Shown: piece after piece, positions 25,414 to 39,156 of the stretch | How the letters are laid out: each line of letters begins with the position of its first letter | Position numbering within the stretch: the first letter of the stretch is position 1 | Assembly (NCBI GenBank): GCA_951406725.2 | Contig: OX597819.1 | Coordinates: 62,434,001-62,498,000, forward strand | Direction: 5' to 3' | DNA from: Octopus vulgaris | Taxonomy: Eukaryota | Length of the DNA stretch: 64,000 bases | The notes under the pieces: model-generated | The model's database searches: none | Seen by the model: the letters and a program-made list of their open reading frames with translations, nothing else | What the model was told of the DNA's origin: nothing | Translations under genes and position numbers: made by a program

Positions 25414-25756
25414 ATGTGTATATTTAGGGCTAAAACCACTAGGTGGATAACCATATGCTAGAAGATTTTCACATACGATCTAATTACAAAGAAAGAATGT
25501 TCTCCAGAGAAAATTCAGCGAACACAAGAACATAGGCGGGCACGACAGATGAAAATTATATAAAAATCAAGAATTAATCGTATACCGATTCCGTCTATTG
25601 CCGAACTTACGTAATCCTTCGTCCGCAGGCTCGTCAGTACGATCGTTCCAAATTCAATATAATTTCCGGAGAACATTCTTTCTTTGTAGTTAGATCGTAT
25701 GTGATCTTCAAGCATATGGTTATCCACCTAGTGGTTTTAGCCCTAAATATACACAT
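25414..25756. mobile_element. Penelope-like element with ~90-bp inverted arms
   Basis: Arms 25414-25505 and 25668-25756 are near-perfect reverse complements. The spacer holds a hammerhead-like motif, and the element lies between (TA)n tracts. Confidence 0.8.
25577..25643 (-). ncRNA. Degenerate hammerhead ribozyme
   Basis: Minus strand: ATCGTA-CTGACGA-(long stem II)-GGAAT-cg-GTA-TACGAT. Stem I is 6 bp; the GAAAC box is mutated. Confidence 0.5.
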
Positions 25757-25853
25757 GTATTGACATTTTTCTGATTTTTCAGATTTTTATATGCTAGGCT
25801 ACTGGTTTTAAATTGATATTAATTAAATTAAGATCAATTCATTTCCCGCATTT

Positions 25854-25884
<31 letters not shown>

Positions 25885-26105
25885 GACCTTCTATCTATAA
25901 ATGCTATAAACATCTACACAGCCTTGGTTTTTTTTATCTCATTACGAAAAAGAAAATCATATACACACGTTGACATATGACCAACGTTGAATCCCTTATT
26001 CACATAATCGCCAAACCTGGAACTTAACTACGGTCTATCCATAGCACTTATTCAGCATTACCTGACACCTTTGGGTCTCAATGACATCATTACCTCTCAT
26101 AACCT

Positions 26106-26200
<95 letters not shown>

Positions 26201-26552
26201 TAACGAAGGCACTATACACAATATAAAACCAAATAGGAAAAATTCAGTTGTCACCAATTGTGAGCGATGGTGCCGGATAGCACCTATATTGCTAGAAATA
26301 ATAGTTAAAACACTTGGAAGCACTAGGATGCAAATTGTATATACTATATATTATATCGGTTTGTTAGTTAGTTAGATGTTGAACCAATTGACGAACGATA
26401 AAGAAGTAGAATTAAATCTGTGCACATGTTATTATTATTGGCATAATGGAACTTTGAAGATACAAGAATAAATAATATATATATGTATACATACATTTAT
26501 ACACTCACACATATTCACACACACATATATGCACATTTATCTATATATTTGC

Positions 26553-26597
<45 letters not shown>

Positions 26598-27498
26598 TTT
26601 ACGTATATGTTTATATATATATATATATATATATGTACGTTTATATATGTGTGTGTGAGTGTATGCATGTGTGTGTGTGTATAATACGGACTTATAGCTC
26701 TGTAATAAATAGCGGGCGCTCTTTTTGTTCTCTCTTCATTTCTTATATTGTTATTCCATCACGCCCGTTTTAAGGAGAATAACACAAATGGTAGTAGAAA
26801 ACTTCCTACCTTCTCTGATATCTAAATCATAAAAGTACTCTTTCATTTTCTGGTTTCTTTATTATATTAATTTCTAGCATTGGAACAAAGCCACAAATAT
26901 GAGTGACTGGGAGCAGTCGATTCTATCAATCACAGTATGTCATTGATACTTATTTTATCGAACTGAAATGGATAAATTACCCTTTTGATGTAAAGGAATG
27001 TAATTTGGCACAGCAGGTTGCATTGGTACATATCGCTTATGGTTGACACTGTAATTCTTCTCTTTCAACTATAAATCCTTTCATGACCGTATGTCACATT
27101 CCACATTCAATGGTCTTCAATTAAAGGTCTTTTGATGACATTATTCCTTAAAGAACAGCTAATCGAATAATAATAACGATGGCCACTCACGTCGACTTTG
27201 ACGTACGAAAGTTTGAAGGAAAGGATTAAAAGAAAAAAGGGGATTAAAATTGAAAGAAACTGCATTTGTTTGCGATGGATGCGTGAATGTAATTTGGGTC
27301 CCAGTATAGATTTTGCTCTGAAGTCATGATGAGGACAATGAGGATTTTAATTTTGCCTGGCATTGGATTAATGTACCTGTTGATTACAGGATATAATTCT
27401 TTCATTGTCCTCTTTCTTCAACTCAAATTGTTTAGGTGCATCATGACACCTTTTACGCCACTCAGATCAATCTAAGCAATAATTTTTCCAAGATGTTC

Positions 27499-27549
<51 letters not shown>

Positions 27550-27550
<1 letters not shown>

Positions 27551-28104
27551 GGCCTGATGCAGTACTAGACAGTGGCTCTCATTCCTTCTGAGCTAAACTG
27601 ATTGGAAGTGTTATCATGTACATTGTTTTGTCTTGGTATAAAAGATGGGCTACAGCAAATATTCTACTCAATACCACTGATTTGCTTGTTAGTTGTTTGA
27701 GCTTAACCAGTTGACCATTTCCCTTTGTGGCTGACGATATGGGCATCTCTAATCACGAGCAGAAGTAGTGGGAGAGCATTATAGCCGTGTGTTGAAAGGA
27801 ATTCTTAGAGGTTTGGATAATTCACCTTTGGAAACATGGGTGTTTCGTTCAACATCCTTAAACAATCCTTATTCAGGGACCTTTTGAGCGGGATGGGCTA
27901 CTCGACCAGAAGACAATTGTAACTGGGCCCCACCTGAAAGGCCATGCGCTATTTATCTTGATATGAGATCACCATGTCGCGCACATATGGTTGTGATGCA
28001 TGTGCCTGGTGTACCCTTATCAGACGGGTAGCCATCATAGGTATACTGGGCTTCGTATATTTTACCCCAGTGTCACTTTGATGGCATGTACTGCTCTCTC
28101 ACTC

Positions 28105-28105
<1 letters not shown>
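27550..28105 (+). mobile_element. Probable 3' fragment of an (AAT)n-targeting non-LTR retrotransposon (Dong/R4-like)
   Basis: A ~555-bp non-coding complex sequence bounded precisely by (AAT)n on both sides. Family assignment is inferred from the target only. Confidence 0.5.
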
Positions 28106-28175
<70 letters not shown>

Positions 28176-28179
28176 TAAT

Positions 28180-28268
<89 letters not shown>

Positions 28269-28271
28269 TAA

Positions 28272-28420
28272 CATCGAAAAATACCTTACGAATGAGAATC
28301 AGGTTCGAAATTTCCACAAAACACCTGATGAAGGCTGGTGGGTATATCAGCCGAAACGTATTAACAACAAACAAGATGAGGACAAATAACCGTCAAATGT
28401 AAATAATGTAAATAATGTAC
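28272..28420 (+). mobile_element. Short Penelope-like element with minimal hammerhead ribozyme
   Basis: CTGATGA (28325-31)-A-GGCTG...CAGCC-GAAAC-GTA. A second copy is at 60015-60181 (-). Abuts (AAT)n. Confidence 0.8.
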
Positions 28421-28432
28421 TAAAACAATAAT

Positions 28433-28783
28433 AACAAGAGCACTCAGAGAGCACAAACTTACGCCAAAGCAACAACAAAGTCCTCTCAACGATTAGCCGG
28501 TGAGGATTTTTAAAATGAGAATATCTGAAATAAACTCGACTGCTCTCACAAACGAGGATACTAAAAATGTACCCGACCGCTCTCAAAAATTATGTAAAAA
28601 AGCAGGAAAAATAACCCAGAATCCTTATCTGGCACCTTATCTAATATGTTCGTGCCAGTCACAAGGCCAAACATCCCTGAAAGTTTCATCCGAATCCACC
28701 TAGCGGTTCTTGAGTTGTCTTGTCCACGGACAAACAAACGCGACTGAAAAACAATACCTCCGCTTGCGCTGAGGTGGAGGTAA
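28433..28783 (+). mobile_element. Helentron/HINE-like non-autonomous element
   Basis: Starts AACAAGAGCACTCAGAGAGC, has a subterminal GGACAAACAAAC, and ends in hairpin TACCTCCGC...GTGGAGGTA in A-rich context. Confidence 0.5.
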
Positions 28784-28809
28784 TAAAAGAATATTGATAG
28801 TTTGTTTGT

Positions 28810-29077
28810 ATGTCTCTTCTATTTTTCAATTATTATAAATCTTCCACTGAGGAGGGAGCCGGTTTCCAACAAAGATGCAAGGGTCTATCGTTGGGAGGTA
28901 GTTAACACAGACAAATTGACATTTGGAACTTGAGAAATGTTTTTCATATTTTTACTGTTCTACTTACAGATTGCGCTTGTAATCTACGAATTAGCCGGCC
29001 AATTTCTCTTCCTGCAAATCCCAGTTTATCCAGATTCTCCTTTAAGCATTTACTAACAAAACCTAGTGCTCCAATTA
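28810..29077 (-). mobile_element. 3' end of an RLE-type (R4/Dong/HERO-like) LINE
   Basis: Minus frame IIGALGFVSKCLKENLDKLGFAGREIGRLIRRLQAQSVSRTVKI*KTFLKF resembles the C-terminus after a restriction-like endonuclease. Abuts (GTAT)n. Confidence 0.75.
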
Positions 29078-29137
29078 TGTATGTATGTATGTATGTATGT
29101 ATGTATGTATGTATGTATGTATGTATTATGTAATGAA

Positions 29138-29460
29138 GGTACATGGCTCAGTGGTTAGAGTCCTGGGCTCACAATCACGAGGTACTGAGTTCGATTCCCA
29201 GACAGGGCTGTGTGTTGTGTTCTTGATCAAGATTCTTTATTTCACGTTACTCCAGTTTACACAGCTGTAGAAATGAATTGCGACGTTACTGGTGCCAAGA
29301 TGTATCGGCCTTTGCCTTTCCCATCGATAACACTGGTGGCGTGGAGAGGGGAGGCCGGTATGCATGAGCGACTGCTGGTCTTCCATAAACAAACTTGCCC
29401 GGAATTGTACTTCGGTGCAATCCCATGGTCATTCATGACCGAAGGAGGATTTACCCATTG
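29138..29460 (+). mobile_element. tRNA-derived SINE between (GTAT)n tracts
   Basis: Head with TGGCTCAGTGG (A box) and GAGTTCGATTCC (B box). Confidence 0.7.
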
Positions 29461-29810
29461 TTATGTGTATGTATGTATGTATGTATGTATGTATGTATGT
29501 ATGTATGTATGTATGTATGTATGTATGTATGTATGTACGTACTTACGTACGTATGTATGTACATACATATGTACGTACGTATGTATGTATATACGTATGT
29601 ATGTATCTATGTACGTTCGTACATCCGTATGTATGTATATATGCATGTATGTACGCACGCAACACGCACGCACGTACGTATGTATATTTTTATTTTTGCA
29701 TGCATGTTATTATATGTATATGTATATATGTAGATATATATGTATATACTGTATATGTACATGCAAACACACGCACATGCACACACCATAAACACACACA
29801 CACACTCACA

Positions 29811-29874
<64 letters not shown>

Positions 29875-30227
29875 TACATGCATAAACACACGCGCGCTAA
29901 GTGTGTGCTGTGCATAACAAGAAGCAGCTGAACAAACTTCATTCGTGAATATCGAATAAATTGCCAAAGGAATGTGTGTTTTGTCAAGTCCTATGTCACC
30001 GAGAAATAACTTTGTATCAAGACCAAACAAACCAGTGTCATATGAATGAAGATACTTGTCTAAGGTAATTATGCTAGCCATTCCTTTTTACTCATCAACC
30101 AAACAGTCAACATCTACCTCTGACTTTTATCTTTGTTTCTCTGTCTCCCTCTTCCGCTCTCCTTTTCAATCTCGCACACATGCGTAGTACTCACGCATAT
30201 ACATACATACATACATACATACATACA

Positions 30228-30261
<34 letters not shown>

Positions 30262-30544
30262 CATACATACATACATACATACACAAATGCACACATATAC
30301 GCATCTATATATATATATATATAATTACAGGGATATGAGTTCGAGTCTCATGGCTGTCCAGTAACAATTTTTTTCTGCACAATATGGATAATTTATCCTG
30401 TTCATGCTATTGTATTAGCAATATCATGCATTTGAGAATAAATTATTTCTGTATCTTTCAATACATCTCAACGCTTCTAAAGCAAACTGTATTTGTTTAC
30501 TTTCATTACACACACATACACACACACGCACATACATATATAAT

Positions 30545-30800
30545 ATATAAATTACAGATAAAACCACTATTATGCAACTCAAACCGTGATAGACATAAAC
30601 CAAAACATAAATAACAAATAAAAGATATTTTATAAAACATATAACTAGATCTCAGAAAGTATAAAAATGAATAATCAATATATAATAAGTAAAAAAAAAC
30701 TACGTACGCTTCATGGCAACAATTAAATTCGAATAACAATTACATTTAAATTTAATTGAAATGAATTCAATTTAAAATTATAGTCAATCTTCAGGTTAAC
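30545..30800 (-). mobile_element. Penelope-like fragment with hammerhead-like motif (30698-30797)
   Basis: 30545-30612 is similar to the inverted arm at 62240-62295. Minus strand: AAC-CTGAAGA-(long AT-rich stem II)-GAAGC-gtac-GTA-GTT. Confidence 0.55.
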
Positions 30801-30932
30801 AATAATAGTTAAATAAATAAGCAAATAGAGTTAAACAATATTTAAAAAAAAATAAAATAATTTTTCTTGTAGAAGAGACTCTATTAACTAAATTTGAAAC
30901 TTAAAACATTAGGACCAGTTTCCTACAATACA

Positions 30933-31164
30933 TTGACACCCAAACACCGAAATGTTCGTATTGAAACTTCCGGCGTGAATGCCAAGCAGTGCAGCATGTT
31001 GTTTCTAAATTTCTCGCAGAATGAATTGCATCATGGTCTTGTTTTTCTCAAATACGGTGCCCAACTACCCTACTATACTGTGTAGTTGACAAAATCAAAA
31101 ACAAACATTGCGCATGTGCGAAATTGGAAATATAAAATGGCAACAATTTAACCACTGCATCCTG
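30933..31164 (-). mobile_element. 5' terminal fragment of a Tc1/mariner (maT-like) element
   Basis: Aligns to 47900-48125 including the terminal ...GCATCCTG|TA. Confidence 0.8.
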
Positions 31165-31752
31165 TATATACATATCTGCGTGTGTTAGTGCATGCCTGTG
31201 TATGTGTGCACTGTTGATGTATGTTCGTGTGCGCTTGTGTTTGTGTGTGCATACATGTATATAAATGTACACACACATATATACACACACACACACATAT
31301 ATTTTATATATATGAATATATATACAAACACTCACACACATCTGTATGTATGTATGTATGTATGTATGTATGTATGTATGTATGGATGGATATATAAATA
31401 CACCGCCATCGAGCGCGCACACACACACATTCATACATACACATATATATGAATACATATACAAACACTCACACACATCTGTATGTATGTATATGTATGT
31501 ATATGTATATATATGTATGTATATGTATGTATGTATATATATATATATGTGCAATTATATGTATGTATACGTATGTATGTATATGTATGTATGGATGGAT
31601 GTATGGCACGCACGCACACACACACACACACATTCAACAGTGGAACTCGAGGAAATTAATTACGTTCTACAAATAAAGCAACTGTTGTATGTATTTTGTG
31701 CTGTGAGGAACGAGAGAAGACCTGTAACTTTTCGATAAAAGACAATCTAAGG

Positions 31753-31798
<46 letters not shown>

Positions 31799-32720
31799 TA
31801 GAGAGAACTAATGTTGGAGTGTAAGTAATTACATAGGTGCTGTCATTTGGTGTCAGAGTTGCTAATGAGGAAGCGAATCAATTAGAGATATGAAGTTGAG
31901 TGATCGATGTGGTGAGAATTAAGAGGAAACTAGTGATAAGTGGTATGGGTAGTGTGTGTGTGTTGAGCGATGAAGGAAGAAGTAGAGCGTGGAGGAGAAA
32001 CTATGGATCTTGTAACAAGAGGCTGGTCAGTTGAAATTATAGTAGATGACTTACACATGAACGCAGAATCGCACAAAGAAAAAAAAAAAAAGAAAAAGCA
32101 AGTGAGAAAAGAATGCGAATTCTATGAACAGATTGCAGAACTGAACTCAATAACTATTCGTTGACATTTTGCTTTCACCCTCATCGTACAGATTGAAAAC
32201 TACTTTGAGAATTTTCTTCAACATGAGTAGCTTGCTTACCAACCACAAATTTCAGGTCTTTTGCTTATAGCAGAAATGATTATTCACCCTAGGTAAGGCG
32301 GTGAGCTAACAGAAACATTAGCACGTTGGGTAAAATGCTTAGCGACGTTTACGTTCTGAGTTCAAATTCCGCCGTGGTCGGCTTTGCCTTTCATCCTTTC
32401 AGCTCGATAAAATAAATATCAGTCAAGCACCGGGGCCGATCTAACTGACACCGCCACCTGTAAATTTCTGGCCTTATGCCTATAGTAGAAAGAAAGCAGC
32501 AGAAAGAAGTATTCCTCATGCGTCAGAACGATGTGTGTCTTGAAATTTCCGTAGAAGAATTTGAATATGTGTCAACACGCAATAGTAAGCTCACTCCTTC
32601 GTTTTTTCTTTCTTTTTTTAATTTCTATTTACTATTGGGGTTGTTTTGCGACAACATAGTTTCTTTGCATACAAAGGCCTCGCTACCACCACCACTACCA
32701 CCGCCACCGACGCCGTCGCC

Positions 32721-32864
32721 GCCGTCGCAGCCATCGTCGCCGTCGCAGCCATCGCCGCCGTCGCAGCCATCGCCGCCGTCGCAGCCATCGCCGCCGTCGC
32801 AGCCATCGCCGCCGTCGCAGCCATCGCCGCCGTCGCAGCCATCGCCGCCGTCGCAGCCATCGCC
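32721..32864. repeat. GC-rich 18-bp minisatellite (GCCGTCGCAGCCATCGCC) x8
   Basis: Direct reading; embedded in a (CCA)n-rich tract 32680-33275. Confidence 0.9.
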
Positions 32865-33301
32865 ACCGTCACCACCACCACCACTACCATCACAACCTCG
32901 CCACCACCAGTAACACCCCCTCAACTAACACAACCTTCTCCTCCTCCACCACCACCACCACCACCACCACCGCCGCCACCGCCGTCACCGCCGCCACCAC
33001 CATCACCACCATCACAACCTCACCACCACCAGCAACAACCCCTCAACCAACACAACCTTCTCCTCCACCACCACCACCACAACCTCATCACCACCATCAC
33101 AACATCACCACTACCACCACCACCAGGAACACACCCTCCAACAACACAACCTCCTCCTCCACCACCACCACCACCACCACCACCACAACTTCCACCTCCA
33201 CCACCACCACCACCACCATAGTTACCGCTGCCACCACCAGCCCCGTCACCCCACACCGCCACCACCACTACTACAGACGAAAGGAGGTATGGTCATCTTA
33301 C

Positions 33302-33450
33302 CGCATTGCTGTGCCAGAGCCATATATCCGGTACGAAAGTTTCCCGGTAAAGTATCACATACTCGTAGGAGTAGCCGTGTGGCTTAAAGTTGTCCCACTT
33401 CAGAGAGACATTCGAGTAACCCGTGCTGACAACTCGCACATTGTACTGTC
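33302..33450 (-). CDS. Exon of FN3/VWC protein; N-terminal half of FN3 domain
   Basis: TTTGTGTTTTGCAG acceptor, GCG|GTAAGA donor, 149 nt, phase 1-0. Peptide QYNVRVVSTGYSNVSLKWDNFKPHGYSYEYVILYRETFVPDIWLWHSNA (FN3 'V.L.W...Y.I.YR') joins the 12446 exon in frame. Confidence 0.92.
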
Positions 33451-33585
33451 CTGCAAAACACAAATGAAAAAAGACATTAGCCATCATCATTGCTGTTGTT
33501 TATCGCATGTCGACACTGCTCTAGAAAACACACGGTCACATGCACTCCAGTTGCCACTAGGCTATCTTGTCGGAGAAGTATTGGT

Positions 33586-33813
33586 TTACTTGTTTCAGTC
33601 ATTTGACTGCGGCCATGTTGGAGCACCGCCTTTTAGCCGAGCCTAGGATTTATTCTTTGTAAGCCTGGTACTTATTCTATCGGTGTCTTTTGTCAAACCG
33701 CTATGTTACAGGGACCTAAATACACCAGCACCGGTTGTCAAGCGATGGTGGGGAGACAAACACAGACACAAACATATACACACATACGTACACACACATG
33801 CACACACACGCAC

Positions 33814-33856
<43 letters not shown>

Positions 33857-34225
33857 AGCGTAGGAGTGGCTGTGTTGTAAGTAGATTGCTTATCAACCAC
33901 ATGGTTCCGGGTTGCTTATCAACCACATGGCACCTTGGGTAAATGTCTTCTACTATAGCCTCGAGCCGACCAAAGCCTTGTGAGTGGACTGGGTAGACGG
34001 AAACTGAAAGAAGCCCGTCGTATATATGTATATATATATATGTGTGTAAATGTTTGTGTCTGTGTTTGTTCCCCCCAAAATCGCTTGACAACCGATGTTA
34101 CGTCCCCATAAAGAGACCGATAGAATAAGTACCGGGATACAAAGAATAAGTCCTGGGGTCGATTTGCTCGACTAAAGGCGGTGCTCCGGCATGGCCACAG
34201 TCAAATGACTGAAACAAGTAAAAGT
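33586..34225. mobile_element. Back-to-back inverted pair of family A SINEs (33586-33780 -, 33858-34225 +)
   Basis: Both match 1664-2160; joined through a (CA)n tract. Confidence 0.8.
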
Positions 34226-34249
34226 ATATATATATATATACAGCTCGAA

Positions 34250-34405
34250 GCTATTTTACTGCTCCACACACAGATTGCACATATAATGTACGAATCAGTT
34301 AGTCAATTTCTCTTTCTGAAAATCCCAGTTTATCCAGATTCTCTTTTAAGCATTTACTAACAAAACCTGGTGCTCCAGTTATTATTGGTATGAATATGAA
34401 CTATT
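34250..34405 (-). mobile_element. RLE-type LINE fragment
   Basis: AATCCCAGTTTATCCAGATTCTC.TTTAAGCATTTACTAACAAAACCT.GTGCTCCA is shared with 29018-29073. Confidence 0.75.
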
Positions 34406-35176
34406 ATATGTATGCATCTATGCACATATGTATGGTTAGCGGCATATCATCCGGCTTTACGCTCTGAGTTCAAATTCCGCTGAGATCGACTTAGCCGTTC
34501 ATCTTTTGCCGTCGATGAAACAAGTAGCAGTTGAACACCGGTGTAGACCAGCTAGCACGCCACCTGCCGAATGTTAGGCCTTGTGCTTGTTGTAGAAATG
34601 ATTATTAATGGCATAGTGACGCCCCTAAGATACAGCTAAACATCTTTCAACACACGAGTTCACATTAAAATATTGCAAGCCAAACACAAAAAACGAAATA
34701 TTTTCTTTAATATTACATGGCTAACGGTCGGAAACATTTTGTGATAGAATGAAATATTGCAATATTATTTATATAAAAAATACTGACAGAATTTATTTTA
34801 TTAATAATTATTTACGCGTTTATTATGTAACATAAATGCTCTCTCAGCAATAAATAGTTTTGGCTGTTATTTGACTTGTGTCGTAAACCTCAGATAATAA
34901 TTATATTTTCTTTTATGAGAGTCTATGTGTGTGTGTGTGTGTATCGTGCCACATTCCTCCGCAGGGGTGACGCAGTGGTAGGATCGGTTCAGAAGCGGAC
35001 CAAAGGCATTGCAGTATTTAATTAAGTTCTGTACTTTTCGAGTTCTAATTCCCACTGGCGTTGAAGTTATGCGTTAACTTTCTGCAGTCGATAAAATATC
35101 GATACCAATTTAATCTGGTTATAGCTTCTCCACAAAAGTCTGCACCGAATCACAACTTGCCATTTTGTGTAGCTTA

Positions 35177-35600
<424 letters not shown>

Positions 35601-35939
35601 GTATGTATGTATGTATGTATGTATGTATGTATGTATGTATGTATCTATCTATCTATCTATCTATCTATTACAGACCCATACACAGAGACATGCATATACA
35701 CTCATTCATGTTCTCACACACGGACATTGGTACACATCTATCCCCCAACCCCAATTACATACATTGGTGCACGCACACATATAAATATGTATTACGATGA
35801 GTTGCGAATATTTCAACTTCCGGTTAGCTGAGCTATCAGAATGTTAACACGAGGCTTTTTAAACTACAATTTATACCATGGGACCTGTATAAAACTCCAG
35901 TAAGGCTTCCTGATAAAACAGCCATCCGGCCATTTTCTC

Positions 35940-36250
35940 CGGTCACTATTCCTAGAAGCACCCCCCCCTCCCAACGTTCATATGGATTTCCAAGCGTGAC
36001 TAACTAAGACAATGGATATTATCCAATCATCTCGTTCTTGGGCGAACCCTAATTCTCTTCTGCCGATTAACGGAGCTGTGACCTCTCAATGCGGAGAAGT
36101 AGCGGCTCGACCTTGAGAGACTCGCTGATCTGTGAGCTTTGATCTACGCATCCTTTCAAGTAACGTTATACCAGGGGTCCTTCATGAAAACCCCATTTCG
36201 GCCGCTCGTATTCGCATTGGGATTTCACCGTTCCGGTACGACGGACAGGT
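35940..36250 (-). mobile_element. RTE-clade LINE C-terminal fragment
   Basis: Minus frames IRAAEMGFS*RTPGITLLERMR / ISESLKVEPLLLRIERSQLR / RPRTR resemble the RTE post-RT 'AAEM.FLRR..G....DR.RS..IRE.L.VEPLLL.IERSQLRW.GH' region. Confidence 0.8.
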
Positions 36251-36270
36251 ATTAAAATATCATAGAAAAT

Positions 36271-36855
36271 CAAGCGGTGAGCTGGTAGAAACGTTATCAC
36301 GCTGGGCGAAATGCTTAGCGGTATTTCGTCTGCCGTTACGTTGTGAGTTCAAATTCCGCCGAGGTCGACTTTGCCTTTCATCCTTTCGGGGTCGATAAAT
36401 TAAGTACCAGTTAAGCACTGGGATCGATATAATCGACTTAATACCTATGTCTGTCCATGTTTGTCTCCTCTATGTTTAGCCCCTTGTGGGTAATAAAGAA
36501 ATAGGTATTTCGTCTGCCGCTACGTTCTGAGTTCAAATTCTGCCGAGGTCGACTTTGTTTTTCATCCTTTCGGGGTCGATAAATTAAGTACCAGTTACGC
36601 ACTGGGGTCGATGTAATCGACTTAATCCGTTTGTCTGTCCTTGTTTGTCCACTCTATGTTTAGCCCCTTGTGGGTAGTAAAGAAATAGGTATTTTGTCTG
36701 TCTTTACGTTCTGAGTTCAAATTCCGCCAAGGTCGACTTTGCCTTTTATCCTTTCGGCATCGATACATTCAGTACCAGTTGTGTACTGGGATCGATGTAA
36801 TCGACATGTTCTCCTTCCCCAAAATGGCTGCCCTTGTGGCAAACATTGAAACCAT
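36271..36855 (+). mobile_element. Family B SINE, three modules
   Basis: Head, body+tail-1 twice, then body with a diverged older tail ending GAAACCA. Confidence 0.85.
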
Positions 36856-37118
36856 TATACTGTGCACCAGAGTTTAAAATTGATTTGTTATGAAGAGGAT
36901 ATAGAACAGCCATGGGTAACCTTATTTTCTTTTTTGAGATGCGAACTGCATACACCAAAGATCATCACCAGACGGGCCCCGCTACTGAAAGAATCATGGT
37001 AAGTGTTTTCGTTAACGTGCCGTTCAGAAAGTTTCGCGGGCCGCACTTTGCTCATGAGATGACTGGTATACAAAAAATATTTTCATCATTTCACTACTTC
37101 ATTGGAAAATGTAATATT

Positions 37119-37200
<82 letters not shown>

Positions 37201-37321
37201 TCACCACCACCAACACCACCACCACCACCACCACCACTACTACTGCTACTACTACATGCTCAGCACAACTATATAATATCTACATCCACCACCACGACCA
37301 CCACCATTACTACTACTACTG

Positions 37322-37367
<46 letters not shown>

Positions 37368-37562
37368 ATGCTCAACACTACTATATAATACCTACATCCA
37401 CCACCACCATTACTACTACTACTACTACTACTACCGCTGCTGCTAATACTACTACTACTTTCTACTACTACTAGTAGTACTACTAGCTGCTCAACACTAC
37501 TATATAACACCTACACCCAACACCACCACCCCACCACCACCACCACTACCACCACCACCACC

Positions 37563-37601
<39 letters not shown>

Positions 37602-37611
37602 GCTGCTGCTG

Positions 37612-37657
<46 letters not shown>

Positions 37658-38264
37658 ATAACAGCTGTTTCTCGCTGATGAAGAAGCCTGTACGGTCAAT
37701 TTGAATGATCAAACAACCAGTTCTTTTCTGTTAGCACAGGAAAATGAATCTTTCTTTTCCACTCTTTGCACTCCAGCCCGAAAGAACAGTTAGAAAATAC
37801 GAGACGATGATTCGCTATATCAGATTAATCAATCCATATTGTAAATTAATCGACGGTTGTTAGTTTCGTAGGGTTCATGAGAGACGCAAGCTTTGTGCGC
37901 GCGCACAAAACACATATATACATATAAACGCATTTTAGTTTTATTAAATCTATCTCAAGGGCGTTGGTGATAGTGTCCAGGTGATCTTATCCCATGATTT
38001 ATGGTTATGACACACAAATACACACAGATGTGCGCATACATGTGTGTGTGTGCATGTATATATATATATATATATATAAATATATATATATTTACATATA
38101 TATATTTATATATACACACACACACCTACATATATATGCGCACGTATGTGTGTGTTTGCGTATGTTTGAGTATACGTGTTTGTGTAATGCGATAATGTGC
38201 GCTCACACGCCCCCCACGATATATTTATACATAAATACACACACACACACACACTTATATATAC

Positions 38265-38359
<95 letters not shown>

Positions 38360-38408
38360 TGTATGTATATTTAAATATACATATATATATGTATATATAT
38401 ATTTATAT

Positions 38409-38461
<53 letters not shown>

Positions 38462-38494
38462 TAGATAGATATACACACATATACATATATACAA

Positions 38495-38535
<41 letters not shown>

Positions 38536-38678
38536 AATATATATATGCATATATGTGTATATATATGTGTGTATATATGTATGTGTCTATATATATATGT
38601 ACGTATATATGTATATATATATATATATATATACGTATATATGTATATATATGCATATATATACATTTGTATATAAAA

Positions 38679-38712
<34 letters not shown>

Positions 38713-39118
38713 ATTTATCTAGCTATCTATCTATTTGTCTGTCTGTCTATCTGTCTATCTATCCATCTATCTATGTTACATATGTGATTTGGAGAGGTAG
38801 GTGAGATTTTCTTTTAAATCCATATCGTATGGTAACCAGCGTGTGGCTATTTCTCCGATTTCCAGTAGTTTAACAATCGCGTGTTTCCCCGAATCGATTT
38901 TGGCGGAGCTAATGGGCTAATTAGCTTGCTCCCCGATACCGTCACACACCGTCACACACACACCGTCTCTCTCTCTCTCTCTCTCTCTCCCTCTCTTTCT
39001 CTCTCTGACACACACACACATGCAAACACGCATATACACACATGCACTCTCTCGCCCATTGACACACTCTCTTTCTGGCAGATATACACGCACACTCTCA
39101 CGCACACACATTCTCCCA

Positions 39119-39156
<38 letters not shown>

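Noticed and set aside
25890-26105. Possible Penelope GIY-YIG C-terminal remnant (VESLI..NRQTWNLTTGL)
   Set aside because: Needs frameshifts and is too short to support without a search.
32476-33221. Pro-rich (PSQPSP)n ORFs
   Set aside because: Antisense to the host gene and fully explained by a minisatellite plus (CCA)n.
36908-37061. hAT-like MITE; also piggyBac-like ends near 4400 and 27074-27228 and a DNA-transposon-like tract at 10880-11275
   Set aside because: TIRs are too degenerate and no TSDs could be confirmed by eye.
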